A stretch of 64,000 bases of DNA from Dehalococcoidia bacterium (lineage in GTDB: Bacteria > Chloroflexota > Dehalococcoidia > SHYB01). Within the stretch, counting starts at the first letter, position 1. The number at the start of each line of letters is the position of its first letter. Position numbers and translations under genes: made by a program. Where the stretch lies: contig OZ242299.1 of the NCBI GenBank assembly GCA_965207995.1, forward strand, positions 788,863 to 852,862, read 5' to 3'. Below the pieces are notes generated by a model. That model had not been told where the DNA came from and ran no database searches. It worked only from the letters and a program-made list of their open reading frames with translations. Positions 1-11,966 of this stretch are shown in pieces.

Positions 1-1
1 G

Positions 2-352
2 ACGTCGTGGTTCCTGCCCCGGACGGTCGGCATCAACAAGGCCTTCGAGCTGCTCTACACCGCCGACTGGCTCAACGCGGAGGACGCGCTGAGCACCGGC
101 GTCCTAAACAAGCTGGTGCCCGCCGACAAGCTGATGGAGGAGGCGACGGCGCTGGCCCGGCGAATTCTGGAACGCCCGCCTGTCCCCAACAAGCTGATCA
201 AGCCGCTCGTCTTCCGGGGGCTCAACGAGAGCCTCGACGCGCACCTGCTCAGCGCGGCCGAGGTCGAGGTGCTGACCCTGTCGACGGAGGACCACAAGGA
301 GGCCCTGGGGGCCTTCCTGAACAAGCGCGAGCCGAAGTTCCGCGGCCGCTAG
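2..352 (+). CDS. enoyl-CoA hydratase/isomerase (crotonase) family protein, C-terminal fragment (5' end outside window)
   Basis: Frame-2 translation from the window edge reads ...LYTADWLNAEDALSTGVLNKLVPADKLMEEATALARRILERPP...HKEALGAFLNKREPKFRGR*, the typical crotonase C-terminal helix with the ...KEGxxAFxEKRxPxF ending; stop at 350-352. Confidence 0.7.
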   Translation, partial: TSWFLPRTVGINKAFELLYTADWLNAEDALSTGVLNKLVPADKLMEEATALARRILERPPVPNKLIKPLVFRGLNESLDAHLLSAAEVEVLTLSTEDHKEALGAFLNKREPKFRGR

Positions 353-1200
353 CCGGCGCGGACGAAGGTGGAGATCTTCTCCGCCAGCTCGGCGGCGCGC
401 CACTCCGCGGCGTTGTGGTCGCTCTGCGGCCACTCGAAGACCGAGCAGCCGGGGATGTAGTCCTTGGCAATCGCCGCCCGCTTGCAAAAGACCGGCTCGG
501 TGTGGCTGTCGACCTGGACGAAGAGCATCGGGGCCTTGATCCGCGGCAGGCACGACTGCCAGTCGTAGGTGAAGACGGCCTCGTAGATGCGCGGTGCGTT
601 CTCGCCGATCTGGGCGACGTCGAGCATCGCCAGCCGGAGGAACTCGCGCTCCTCGTCGGAGAGATCAGGCGAGGGCGTCCTCCCGGTGTTGAACCACATG
701 TTCATCACCTGGCTGTAGGCCCATGCCCACTGGCGCTGCAGGTGCGACCCGTCCGGCGCCGACTCCATGAGCTTGCGGGTCTTGGGGACGGCCCAGTTGA
801 ACGCCGTCTCCCGCTCCTCGCCGCGCTCGGTGAAGGTGTAGCCCATGACCACCAGGCGCCGCACGCGGTCGGGCCAGGTGGCGGCGACCTCGCCCGTCAC
901 GAGCGAGCCGGTGTGGCAGCCGAAGAAGTCGCTCGACTCGATGCCGAGCGCGTCCATGACGTGCACGACGTTGCGGGCGAGGTCGAGCAGGCCGAATTCG
1001 CCCTCCGGGAGCGGGCCCGAGCTCCCGCAGCCCAGCAGGTCGAGGGCGTAGACGCGGTGGTTCTCCGCAAGGATGGGAGTCATCGCAAGGAACTCGCGCG
1101 AGGAGCGCGGGTTCTGGTGCAGCAAGATGAGCGGTTCGCCCTCGCCGGCGGTGATGTAGTGGACCTGACCTTCAGGGGTGCTGGCGTAGCCGTGTTCCAT
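349..1200 (-). CDS. alpha/beta hydrolase fold protein
   Basis: Minus-strand ORF. Start chosen at MEHGYASTPEGQVHYITAGEGEPLILLHQNPRSS (cat at 1198-1200). HGxP-like oxyanion motif and GCHTGS nucleophile-elbow-like motif; the first 21 residues of the track ORF are Arg/Ser-rich and were discarded. Confidence 0.75.
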   Translation of the reverse strand: MEHGYASTPEGQVHYITAGEGEPLILLHQNPRSSREFLAMTPILAENHRVYALDLLGCGSSGPLPEGEFGLLDLARNVVHVMDALGIESSDFFGCHTGSLVTGEVAATWPDRVRRLVVMGYTFTERGEERETAFNWAVPKTRKLMESAPDGSHLQRQWAWAYSQVMNMWFNTGRTPSPDLSDEEREFLRLAMLDVAQIGENAPRIYEAVFTYDWQSCLPRIKAPMLFVQVDSHTEPVFCKRAAIAKDYIPGCSVFEWPQSDHNAAEWRAAELAEKISTFVRAG

Positions 1201-1204
1201 CGCT

Positions 1205-2209
1205 CTACTCCGTCGCGCCGTCCATGGCGTCGATGATCGACTGCACGTAGCGGTCCTCGTCATACCCTTCCCGCGGCGGGAAGGGGTACAGGATCGGTAG
1301 GTCGACGCCGGCGTCGCGGAACTCTTCGACCCGTCCCTTGGTGCGGCCGTATCCGGCGGCCACGGGAAGCTGATCGAGCATGTCCTCAGTCACGTGGGAG
1401 GCGGCGGCGCGGGAGTCGCCGCGGTCCCAGGCCTCCTTGAAGCCCGCCGCCTGCTCGTGGTAGCCCAGCTCCTCGTAGTGCATGCGGTAGCGGTCCAGCC
1501 AGGCGTAGAAGGCGATGGCGTCGATGATGTCGCTGCGGGCCTGGGCCTCGTCGCGGTGCGGGACGCACATGATGAAGGAGCCCACGTCGATCTCCGACGG
1601 ATCGCGTCCGGCCTCGCGGGCCCCCTCGGCGATGGCCTCGCGGATGCGGCCCACGTGGTCCTTGTCGGCGAGGTGGAGGATGACGCCGTCGGCGATCCGG
1701 CCCGCGATGCGGGCCATGTAGGTCCCGACGACGCCCATGTAGATCGGCACCTTGAAGGGTGCGCCCTCGGCCTGGATACGGAGGCCGTCGACGCCGCAGG
1801 CCTTGCCGTGGTAGGTCACCGTCTCGCCCGTGAGGAGCCGCCGCACGATCTCGACGTATTCCCGCGTCCGCGTGATCGGCTTGTCGTAGGGCATCTGGTG
1901 GACGACCTCGATCAGCCGCTGATGGCTGCTGCCGATGCCGAGGGTGAAGCGCCCGCCGCTGACGTGGTGCAGGGTCGCGGCGCCCAGACCCACCAGTCCG
2001 GGCGACCGGGTGAAGGCGCTGATGACGGCGGTGCCCAGCCGTACCCGCTCGGTGCGCGAGGCGACCGCCGAAAGGTAGGTGAAGGCGTCCCAGTCCTGCC
2101 CTTCGTGGAACCAGCAGATTTCGAGGCCCCGGTCGTCGGCGGCGCGAACAATTTCGACCATGCGGTCGACGGGGAGCGGTGCGTCGATTTGCAGTCCGAG
2201 TCTTGCCAT
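1205..2209 (-). CDS. LLM-class (luciferase-like) F420-dependent oxidoreductase
   Basis: 334 aa; bacterial luciferase-like TIM-barrel signature (…GLEICWFHEGQDWDAF…RVRLGTAV…GRFTLGIGSS…); stop 5 nt after the start of the upstream hydrolase gene. Confidence 0.8.
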   Translation of the reverse strand: MARLGLQIDAPLPVDRMVEIVRAADDRGLEICWFHEGQDWDAFTYLSAVASRTERVRLGTAVISAFTRSPGLVGLGAATLHHVSGGRFTLGIGSSHQRLIEVVHQMPYDKPITRTREYVEIVRRLLTGETVTYHGKACGVDGLRIQAEGAPFKVPIYMGVVGTYMARIAGRIADGVILHLADKDHVGRIREAIAEGAREAGRDPSEIDVGSFIMCVPHRDEAQARSDIIDAIAFYAWLDRYRMHYEELGYHEQAAGFKEAWDRGDSRAAASHVTEDMLDQLPVAAGYGRTKGRVEEFRDAGVDLPILYPFPPREGYDEDRYVQSIIDAMDGATE

Positions 2210-2211
2210 GG

Positions 2212-3117
2212 CTAGAAGATCGCGATCGGGTTCAGGGGAGAGCCGGTGCCTCCCACAACGTTGAGCGGGGCCGCGGTGAGCATGAACTCGTAGCGGCCCT
2301 CCTCCTCGCAGGCCTGGGCGAGGGGTTCGAGCAGGCAGCTATCGAGGAGCACGATGCCGAACCTGTAGAGGGCGGTGTGCGGGGTGTTGTCGCGGGTGCC
2401 GTACTCGTTGGGGAAGGCGTCGTGCATGTCCCAGGCGAGGACGGCGACGTCGCGCTCGCGGAGGAACTTATTGCACGACGCGCCGACCCCGGGCCGGCTG
2501 CCCTCGGTGGTGTAGGCGCCGGCGGCCCCGCGCCCCGAGTAGACCACGACCGCGTCGCCGGCGCCGACCTCGATTCCAAGCTGGTCGACGATGTCGTCGA
2601 GCTCCCAGTTGAGCACGGGATTGTCCGGCGTCACGCAGGGGACACCGCGGTATTTGGGCACGTTGAGGAAGACGCCGCGGGTGATGATGCCATCGGACCA
2701 AGCCTCGATGCCGTTGCAGGTCGCGCCGCGGGTGGTGATCATCTTGTCGGGGTCGGCGCCGTCCCAGCCGCCGCCTTCGACGTCCCAGAGGTGGTTGAGC
2801 GCGTCGACGTGGGTGGTGGAGACGGTGTGATAGTCGGTGCCGTAGAAGTCGCAGGCCTCGCCGCGGAGGCCGCGGTCGATGGTGTAGGTGTAGTGGAGGG
2901 CGGGGCGCTCGTTCTCGGGGCCCGCGATGGTGGGAAAGACCTGGCTCAGGGAGACCTGTCGTCCCTTCTTGACGAGGCTCGCGGCCTGGACGACCTTCTC
3001 CGGCGTGACGAGATTCATCGTCCCCTTGGGGCCGTTCTCGCCCCACCGGCCCCAGTTCCGGCCCTCGGTCATGATCTTGTTGAGCTCGGCTTCGGTGGGA
3101 AGTCGGGGATCTGGCAT
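2212..3117 (-). CDS. cyclase family protein (kynurenine-formamidase-like fold)
   Basis: 301 aa; HxDAxxH-like metal motif (HVDALNHL) and overall similarity to putative cyclases/arylformamidases; only 2 nt from the LLM gene, probably one operon. Confidence 0.7.
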   Translation of the reverse strand: MPDPRLPTEAELNKIMTEGRNWGRWGENGPKGTMNLVTPEKVVQAASLVKKGRQVSLSQVFPTIAGPENERPALHYTYTIDRGLRGEACDFYGTDYHTVSTTHVDALNHLWDVEGGGWDGADPDKMITTRGATCNGIEAWSDGIITRGVFLNVPKYRGVPCVTPDNPVLNWELDDIVDQLGIEVGAGDAVVVYSGRGAAGAYTTEGSRPGVGASCNKFLRERDVAVLAWDMHDAFPNEYGTRDNTPHTALYRFGIVLLDSCLLEPLAQACEEEGRYEFMLTAAPLNVVGGTGSPLNPIAIF

Positions 3118-3160
3118 CGCTACGCTCTCCTTCGGCCCGCTTGGCCGCTGCAGATTGAGG

Positions 3161-4309
3161 TTAGCCGCTGCTCAGCAGCTCGGGGCCGTCGGCCCGCACG
3201 ATGAGCTGGTCGCCCCAGATGCCGCAGGAGCCGGTCTCGGCCCGGATCAGGAGCGGGTGCATGACCATGTAGGCGTTCTCGGGGATCACGGTGTCGTCGG
3301 TGGCGGTGATGCTGAAGCCCTCGCCGATCGTCATGCCCAGGCCGTGGCCGAACCGGACGCCCGAGTAGTCGAAGCCGTAGCTCTGGGCGACCTCGAGGCC
3401 GGCGGCGTAGAGCTCCTTTGGCGTCACGCCGGGCTTCACGAGGGTGAGCATCTTCTCGTGGGCCGCGATGGCCGCGTCGCGTATCCGGAGCTTCTCGGCG
3501 CTCGTATTGCCGACCGCGGCGGTGCGGCAGACCTGGCCGTAGTAGCCTTCGTAGCGGGCGTTGACCTCGAGGGCGACGATGTCGCCGTCTTCGAAGACGA
3601 GGTCGTGGCGCTGATGGCCCCAGAGCCAGGGTTCGCCGGCGCTCATGTAGAGGCTGATGTACTCGGCGCCGGCCATGCGGGCGGCGTGCTCACAGATCGC
3701 CACGGCGTCGGACTGGCGCACGCCGGGCTTCGCCGCCTCCAGGAAGGCGTCCATACCGGCCTTCGATACCCGCGCCGCTCCCCGGATGAAGGGCTCCTCG
3801 ACCGCCGCACGGGACAGGGCCACCTTGTGCACCATGCCGGAGACGTCCACGAGCTCGGCCTTCGGGAAGGCCCGGCGCAGGCCGTCGATGGTGGTGTAGG
3901 GCAGGAAGCGCATGCCGTCGATGCCGAGCTTGCCCTCGGAGAAGCCGCCTTCGGTCAGCGCCTCGGCGATGGAGACGTCCCAGTCGCGCGGCGAGCCCTT
4001 CCCGACGTTGACCTTGACATTGGGGACCGGCGAGCGCCGCTGCGCAAGGCCGACCTGGCAGTTGGCGAAGCCGCTGCCGATGACCAGGGTGGGGCCGGCG
4101 TCGAGGGTGTCGACCAGCACCGACAACAGCTGGGAGTCGACGACGTTGAAGAAGTTGGTCAGATAGCGGACCGTGCCGCCCTCGACGATGCTGTCGGAAT
4201 CGACTACCACCAGGGCGTCAAGGCCTCGGGCGCGCGCCGCCGCGCGGGTGTTGTCGATGCGGCGCGAGATCTCCTGGGCGTCGAATGGGGTGTGCGTGGC
4301 AGTCGTCAT
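3161..4309 (-). CDS. M24-family metallopeptidase (Xaa-Pro aminopeptidase / creatinase fold)
   Basis: Start set at MTTATHTPFDAQEISRRID (cat 4307-4309). Creatinase N-domain followed by the pita-bread catalytic domain (…HGLGMTIGEG…, …VMHPLL…); upstream in-frame ORF extension is Arg-rich junk. Confidence 0.75.
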   Translation of the reverse strand: MTTATHTPFDAQEISRRIDNTRAAARARGLDALVVVDSDSIVEGGTVRYLTNFFNVVDSQLLSVLVDTLDAGPTLVIGSGFANCQVGLAQRRSPVPNVKVNVGKGSPRDWDVSIAEALTEGGFSEGKLGIDGMRFLPYTTIDGLRRAFPKAELVDVSGMVHKVALSRAAVEEPFIRGAARVSKAGMDAFLEAAKPGVRQSDAVAICEHAARMAGAEYISLYMSAGEPWLWGHQRHDLVFEDGDIVALEVNARYEGYYGQVCRTAAVGNTSAEKLRIRDAAIAAHEKMLTLVKPGVTPKELYAAGLEVAQSYGFDYSGVRFGHGLGMTIGEGFSITATDDTVIPENAYMVMHPLLIRAETGSCGIWGDQLIVRADGPELLSSG

Positions 4310-4332
4310 CGTGCTGCTCCCTTCGAGCGTTC

Positions 4333-5550
4333 CTAGCCGATCCACGGCCTGCCCGCGTTCAGGCGCGTCTCGATCTCCCGTCCGATGGAGAGGTTGAGCA
4401 CTTTGTGGCCCCCCTCGCCGTGCTGGATGCCGATGGCGTCGCGCACCAGCTTCTCGATGGGCATGCCCCGGATCACGCCGTAGCCGCCGAAGAGGTCGAG
4501 GGAGTGCAGGGCGATCTTGAGGGCGGTCTCGGCGCAGTAGACGCGGTTGGCCTTCAGGAGGTTGCGGTCGATCTCCTCGGCGTGGGCCACCATCCAGGCG
4601 GCGCGCCAGATCAGGCTTCGCGCCGCCTGGAGCGAGGTGTACATCTCGGCGATGGAATGCGCTATGGCCTGGTGTTGAATGATGTTCTTGCCGCCCTGAC
4701 GCCGCCCGTTGGCATAGTTGACGCCGGCGTCGAGCGCGGCCCGAGCCAGCGCCACGAGGTGCGCGGGGACCTCGATGTTGCCCGCGGCCTGATAGCGGCC
4801 CAGTTCGGGCGGCAGATACGCCTCGCGGCCGCCGAGCAGGTTTTCGGTGGGGATGCGGGCGTTGTCGAAAAAGAGCTCGGCCTGGTGGTAGGCGCGCCAG
4901 CCGATCTTGTCGTGGACGGTGCCCACGCGGACGCCGGGCGTCCCCTTCTCGACGATGAGGTAGCTGACGCCCTCCGCGGCGCGGACATTGGGGTTGGTGC
5001 GCACCCGGGGAATCCAGACGGAGGCGTTGTCGACGTGCGAGCCCCACTGCTTCACGCCGTTGACGACGTAGTGGTCGCCGTCTCGGATGGCAGTGGTCAT
5101 GATGCCCTCGCCGGCAGGGGCGTCGTAGTAGCCCATCACGTCGGCGCCGACGTTGGGTTCGGTGACGGGGAAGGAGAGGAGGAAGTCGTCTTCGTCGCGG
5201 AACCGGGGAAGATAGCGCTGCTTCTGGTCTTCCGTTCCCGCCACGAAGAGCAGGGGGGCGATCTTCCAGTTCTGGGAGAAGATCTTGGAGCAGCTCACGT
5301 CCTCGTAGGCCATCTCGTCGATGACGATGAGCTGAGAGAGGGCGTCGGCTTCGACGCCGCCCCACTCGGCGGGGAGCGTCAGGGTCCGCAGGCCGAGCTG
5401 CGAGCCCTTCTTGATGAGGTCCCAGGGGAAGTTGTCGGGGACGTCGCCCTGGTCCATCGCCATCGCGACGGGGCGTATCTCGTTGCGGGCGAAGTCGCGC
5501 GCCAGGCGCTGGAGGGCGCGCTGGTCTTCGGTCAGGTCGAATTCAAGCAT
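4333..5550 (-). CDS. acyl-CoA dehydrogenase
   Basis: 405 aa with typical ACAD N-terminal helical, middle beta and C-terminal helical domains (…LSFPVTEPNVGAD…, …YCAETALKIALHSLDLFGGYG…). Confidence 0.85.
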   Translation of the reverse strand: MLEFDLTEDQRALQRLARDFARNEIRPVAMAMDQGDVPDNFPWDLIKKGSQLGLRTLTLPAEWGGVEADALSQLIVIDEMAYEDVSCSKIFSQNWKIAPLLFVAGTEDQKQRYLPRFRDEDDFLLSFPVTEPNVGADVMGYYDAPAGEGIMTTAIRDGDHYVVNGVKQWGSHVDNASVWIPRVRTNPNVRAAEGVSYLIVEKGTPGVRVGTVHDKIGWRAYHQAELFFDNARIPTENLLGGREAYLPPELGRYQAAGNIEVPAHLVALARAALDAGVNYANGRRQGGKNIIQHQAIAHSIAEMYTSLQAARSLIWRAAWMVAHAEEIDRNLLKANRVYCAETALKIALHSLDLFGGYGVIRGMPIEKLVRDAIGIQHGEGGHKVLNLSIGREIETRLNAGRPWIG

Positions 5551-5636
5551 GGCGCGCCATAGTGTACACGCTCCCGCGCGGGGCGGGGCTCGCCCCGCCG
5601 AGGAAACCGTTGCCTAACTGGGACGGGGCAGGGAGT

Positions 5637-5706
5637 AGCGCCCTGCGGGCGCTCGCGCGCCTAGCGGCGCGCGCCCTCTCTCAAGTCTCCCCCAGAGGGG
5701 GAGAGG
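5637..5706. repeat. REP-like GC-rich palindromic element, type A (three consecutive hairpins)
   Basis: AGCGCCCTGCGGGCGCT / CGCGCGCCTAGCGGCGCGCG / CTCTCAAGTCTCCCCCAGAGGGGGAGAGG, each an inverted repeat. Near-identical copy at 12871-12940 and reverse-complement copies at 43285-43353 and 45531-45593. Confidence 0.7.
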
Positions 5707-5824
5707 CTTAAGGCGCTCCCCCAAGGGCCTCCCAGGAGCGAAAGGGGCGCTTTCTGATACAATGGCTTGCAAACCTGGAACGCCGAAGCCATCGGTGTCC
5801 CTCCTTCGAGCGCACATCGTCCCC

Positions 5825-8269
<2,445 letters not shown>

Positions 8270-8303
8270 CGCGGGCGGCCTCTACCAGCCCAGCAAGGCA
8301 CCG

Positions 8304-8753
8304 ATGCAGAGCGACGCCAAGACGGTAGCGGAGTACCTGGCCGAGCTCGACGCCGACAGGCGCGAGGCCATCGGGGCCGTCCGCGGCGTCATCCTGGACA
8401 ACCTTCCAGACGGCTACGAAGAGATGATGCTGTTCGGCATGATCACCTACGCCGTGCCGCTGAGCGTGCTCGCCGACACCTACAACGGCCAACCGCTCAT
8501 GTATGCCGCGCTGGCGTCGCAGAAGCGGCACATGGCCGTCTACCTCACCAACGTCTACGCCGACGGGTCCACCGAGGCCTGGTTCCGCGAGCGCTACCTG
8601 GCGACGGGCAAGCGGCTCGACATGGGGAAGTCGTGCGTCCGCTTCAGGAAGCTCGACGACCTGCCGCTGGACTTGGTCGGCGAGGCCATCGCCAGGACGC
8701 CCATCGACGAGTTCGTCGAGCTATACAGGGCGTCGAGGTCGGGCCGCAAGTAG
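8304..8753 (+). CDS. DUF1801 (YdhG/YdeI-like) domain protein
   Basis: 149 aa; family resemblance only, no catalytic motifs; function unknown. Confidence 0.6.
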   Translation: MQSDAKTVAEYLAELDADRREAIGAVRGVILDNLPDGYEEMMLFGMITYAVPLSVLADTYNGQPLMYAALASQKRHMAVYLTNVYADGSTEAWFRERYLATGKRLDMGKSCVRFRKLDDLPLDLVGEAIARTPIDEFVELYRASRSGRK

Positions 8754-8807
8754 CGCGGCGTTGACACCCCGCGCGGCGGTGGCGATTATCGCCGTGGGAG
8801 GGATGCC

Positions 8808-9869
8808 ATGACCGCGCTCCGCGTTATCGACGCCGACGGCCACGTAAACGAGCCCGAGGACCTCTGGGCGGAGCGACTGCCGTCGCGGTACCACCGGATG
8901 GCGCCGCGCCGGGTGCTGGACTCTCAGGGGCGTATCCGCCTCTTCATCGCGGAGGAGCTGCAGCCCTTCCTGCCCAGCCTCACCATGGAGCAGGCGCAGC
9001 GGCCCGGCGGCGTCGACCCCAAGGCGCGCCTGGTTGACATGGACGCCGAGGGGCTGGACGTGGCGGTGTGCTTCACCTCCATCGGGCTCTACTTCGGCGG
9101 GGTCGGCGACGCCGACCTCAACGCCGCCCTCTGCCGGGCCTACAACGACTGGCTCTACGACTACACCCAGGCGGCGCCGGACCGGCTCGCCGGCGTGGCG
9201 ATGGTCCCCCAACTCGACGTCGGCCTCGCGATGGAGGAGGCGGAGCGGGCCGTCGGCGACCTCGGCTTCAAGGCGGTCATGTGGCGGCCCAACCCCATCG
9301 CGGGGCGCGATCTCGACCACCCGGCCCTGGCGCCGTTCCTCTCACTCATGGAAGAGCTGGGGGCGGCGCTCGCCATCCACGAGGGCACGTCGCAGAACCT
9401 GCCCCAAGCAGGGCTCGACCGCTTCGACAACTACCTGTACCGGCACATGGTGTCGCACCCCCACGAGCAGCAGATGGCCTGCATGACGCTCATCTGCGGC
9501 GGCGCGCTGGAGCGGCACCCACGGCTCAAGGTCGTGTTCCTCGAGTCGGGGGCGGGCTGGATCGCGCACTGGCTTGAGCGGATGGACGACCACATCAAGC
9601 ACTGGGGCTACACCAGCGGCCCGCTGGCGCTGAAGCCGTCGGAGTACTACCAACGGCAGTGCTTCATCTCGGCCGACCCCGACGAAGCGATCATCCCCGG
9701 CCTCGTGCAGGCGCTGGGCGACGACACCATCGTCTTCGCCACCGACTACCCGCACAGCGACAGCATCTTCCCCGGCGTCGTCGCCGCCCTTCGCGACCGC
9801 GCCGACCTCGCCGAGGAGACGAAGGCCAAGATCCTCGGCGAGAACGCGGCGCGGCTGTACGGGCTGTAG
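8808..9869 (+). CDS. amidohydrolase_2 family metal-dependent hydrolase/decarboxylase (ACMSD/LigW-like)
   Basis: 353 aa; N-terminal IDADGHVNEP metal-binding motif, internal His and C-terminal DYPHSD motif, all typical of the amidohydrolase-2 TIM barrel. Confidence 0.8.
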   Translation: MTALRVIDADGHVNEPEDLWAERLPSRYHRMAPRRVLDSQGRIRLFIAEELQPFLPSLTMEQAQRPGGVDPKARLVDMDAEGLDVAVCFTSIGLYFGGVGDADLNAALCRAYNDWLYDYTQAAPDRLAGVAMVPQLDVGLAMEEAERAVGDLGFKAVMWRPNPIAGRDLDHPALAPFLSLMEELGAALAIHEGTSQNLPQAGLDRFDNYLYRHMVSHPHEQQMACMTLICGGALERHPRLKVVFLESGAGWIAHWLERMDDHIKHWGYTSGPLALKPSEYYQRQCFISADPDEAIIPGLVQALGDDTIVFATDYPHSDSIFPGVVAALRDRADLAEETKAKILGENAARLYGL

Positions 9870-9921
9870 GGGACGGCTCTGCGCCTGGAGAAGCGCCCTC
9901 CAAGGGCGTGGGGCTCTCCGG

Positions 9922-9950
9922 TTGCGTGTGGGATGCCGGGTGAGTATGAT
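9922..9950 (+). promoter_or_regulatory. candidate sigma-70-type promoter for vapBC (TTGCGT-17-TATGAT) inside a local AT-rich island
   Basis: Hexamers read directly; AT-rich segment 9935-9985 in an otherwise ~70% GC region; GGAGAAA Shine-Dalgarno 7 nt before the vapB ATG. Confidence 0.35.
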
Positions 9951-9982
9951 TTAACTACTCTGCAATTCATATTGGAGAAAGC

Positions 9983-10213
9983 ATGAGAATATCGGAGCGG
10001 GGTCAAATCACCATCCCCAAGCATCTGCGGGAGCGGTTCGGGATGCACCGCAACGTCGAGGTCGAGATTAGCCCGACCGACGACGGCCTGCTGATCCAGA
10101 AACGCACGGCGGCGAAGCACCCGGTGGACCGCGTGTACGGGATCCTGGGCAAGGGAGCACTCGGTGAAGGCGTAAGTGTCGACGCCTACATCGAGGAAAT
10201 CCGCGGGAGATGA
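9983..10213 (+). CDS. vapB: type II antitoxin, AbrB/MazE/SpoVT-fold (VapB-like)
   Basis: 76 aa; N-terminal swapped-hairpin motif RGQITIPKHLRERFGM; stop overlaps the toxin start (ATGA). Confidence 0.8.
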   Translation: MRISERGQITIPKHLRERFGMHRNVEVEISPTDDGLLIQKRTAAKHPVDRVYGILGKGALGEGVSVDAYIEEIRGR

Positions 10214-10611
10214 TCACCGCCGCGGATACCAACGTCCTACTCGATGTATTCGTACCGAGTGACGAATACGGTCCCCAGTCTCGCGAGTGGATTCGAGAGG
10301 CCTATAACGCCGGGGCGATTGTCGTGTGTGATGTCGTCTATGCGGAACTCGTTCCGTCCTTCGGCGATCGAGCTTCGCTCGAAGACGCGCTGCACGGCAT
10401 CGGCGCCACCTTATCTCCGATCAACTCCGCCATGGCTTATGAGGCAGGTCTGCGCTGGAAGCGATACCGCGGGGCCGGCGGCCCGCGAGAGCGGATCATC
10501 ACCGACTTCCTCATTGGCGCTCATGCCACGGTGGTCGCCGACGTTTTCCTGACCCGCGACCGCGGCTTCTTCTCAACCTACTTCCCGGAGTTGCGCGGGC
10601 CCGGAAGTTGA
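10210..10611 (+). CDS. vapC: PIN-domain ribonuclease toxin (VapC-like)
   Basis: 133 aa; conserved acidic residue at position 6 (MITAADTNVLLD), further Asp/Glu at PIN positions; 4-nt overlap with the antitoxin gene. Confidence 0.8.
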   Translation: MITAADTNVLLDVFVPSDEYGPQSREWIREAYNAGAIVVCDVVYAELVPSFGDRASLEDALHGIGATLSPINSAMAYEAGLRWKRYRGAGGPRERIITDFLIGAHATVVADVFLTRDRGFFSTYFPELRGPGS

Positions 10612-10722
10612 AGGGCACGCGCCGTCAGATCGGGCGTTGACCTCCGACGCGTGAGGGGCTACCGTCCCCACGCGGGCGCCCTCGCAGAGGCGTAGAGCAG
10701 GGCCGCCCCGAGGGAGGCGGCA

Positions 10723-11136
10723 ATGCCGGTCAAGGCCTTCGATCACGTGGCGATCCCGACGGCGGACGCGGAGCGGTTCCTGGCGTACTACAAGCGCCTC
10801 GGCTTCACCTTCATCAACGAGGAGAAGTGGCGGCGCGGCGAGAGCCCGATCTTCTCCCTACGCATCGGCGAGCACAACATGATCAACGTGCATCCCGAGG
10901 GCTTCACGGCAAACCTCCGAGGCGAGACGGCCCTGCCGGGCTGCGGCGACCTCTGCTTCGTCTGGGACGGCACGATCGAAGAGGTGCAAGAGATGCTGGC
11001 CAAGGCCGGGGTCGAGCCGGTCACGGGGCCGGTCCCGCGCTACGGGGGCCGGAACGGCGGGGCGAGCTCCTCGACCAGCATCTACATCGTCGACCCCGAC
11101 AAGAACCTCGTCGAGTTCATGGTCTACGACGAGTAG
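10723..11136 (+). CDS. VOC-family (glyoxalase/bleomycin resistance/dioxygenase fold) protein
   Basis: 137 aa; FDHVAIPT N-terminal motif typical of VOC proteins; GGAGG-like SD upstream. Confidence 0.7.
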   Translation: MPVKAFDHVAIPTADAERFLAYYKRLGFTFINEEKWRRGESPIFSLRIGEHNMINVHPEGFTANLRGETALPGCGDLCFVWDGTIEEVQEMLAKAGVEPVTGPVPRYGGRNGGASSSTSIYIVDPDKNLVEFMVYDE

Positions 11137-11158
11137 CGGGCGGCGGCCTCGACCCACG

Positions 11159-11956
11159 ATGAGCTACGAGACGGTCCGCTACGAAGTCGATGATGTTGGC
11201 GTCGCCGTGGCGACGCTCGACCGGCCGGACCACCGCAACGCCCTCGACAGCGTCATGCGCCGCGAGATCGTCGAGGTCTTCGCCCGCGTCAACGACGACC
11301 CGGACGTGCGCGCCCTTGTCCTCACCGGCGCGGGGACGGAATACTTCTCGGCGGGGGCCGACCAGAAGGAGCGAAGCGCGGGCGGCGCAATGCCGTCGGA
11401 GCAGATCCGGCGCAACCACCTGCATCCCACCAACGCGCTCTCGGCACGGCTGCAACGGGTCGAGAAGCCCGTCGTGGCGGCGGTGAACGGGACGTGCGTG
11501 GGCGGCGGGCTCGCCCTCGCGGCGGGCTGCGACGTCGTGCTGGCATCGGAGAACGCGCGCTTCCGCGTGGCCCACGCCGCGCTCGGCGTCGGCATCCTCG
11601 ACGCATTGGGCTGGCTGCTCCCCCGCCACATCGGCCCGCAGCGCACCTTCGAGCTCTACGCCACCAACCGCATCATGGAAGCGGCGGAGGCGAAGGAAGC
11701 CGGTCTGGTCTTCAAGGTCACCCCGCCCGACGAATTGATGCCGGAGGCGTTGAAGCTGGCACGAGCCTTCGCCGCGGGTCCGCCGCTGGGCATGATGATG
11801 ACGAAGCGCGCCATCCTGCGGGGCCGGGGCCGCGACCTCGATGACTACCTCGAGTTCGAGCGGCTGGCGTACCAGGTCTGCTATTACTCCGAGGACTCGA
11901 AGGAGGCGCGGCGCGCCTTCATGGAGCGGCGCGAGCCGAAGTACCAGGGACGGTGA
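11159..11956 (+). CDS. enoyl-CoA hydratase/isomerase family protein
   Basis: 265 aa; crotonase fold with oxyanion-hole region (…AVNGTCVGGGLALAAGCDV…) and C-terminal …EGRRAFMERREPKYQGR. Confidence 0.85.
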   Translation: MSYETVRYEVDDVGVAVATLDRPDHRNALDSVMRREIVEVFARVNDDPDVRALVLTGAGTEYFSAGADQKERSAGGAMPSEQIRRNHLHPTNALSARLQRVEKPVVAAVNGTCVGGGLALAAGCDVVLASENARFRVAHAALGVGILDALGWLLPRHIGPQRTFELYATNRIMEAAEAKEAGLVFKVTPPDELMPEALKLARAFAAGPPLGMMMTKRAILRGRGRDLDDYLEFERLAYQVCYYSEDSKEARRAFMERREPKYQGR

Positions 11957-11966
11957 GGACACACCC

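Noticed and set aside
7-1236. 409-aa plus-strand ORF overlapping the crotonase tail and hydrolase gene
   Set aside because: Arg/Gly/Ala/Pro-rich with no motifs; the minus strand carries a convincing alpha/beta hydrolase and frame 2 carries the crotonase C-terminus. Typical antisense ORF of GC-rich DNA.
1394-3204. plus-strand ORFs 1394..2215 and 2179..3204 opposite the LLM and cyclase genes
   Set aside because: Low-complexity Gly/Ala/Arg/Val composition; opposite strand has strong family signatures.
4285-5562. 425-aa plus-strand ORF antisense to acyl-CoA dehydrogenase
   Set aside because: No domain features; the ACAD on the minus strand is unambiguous.
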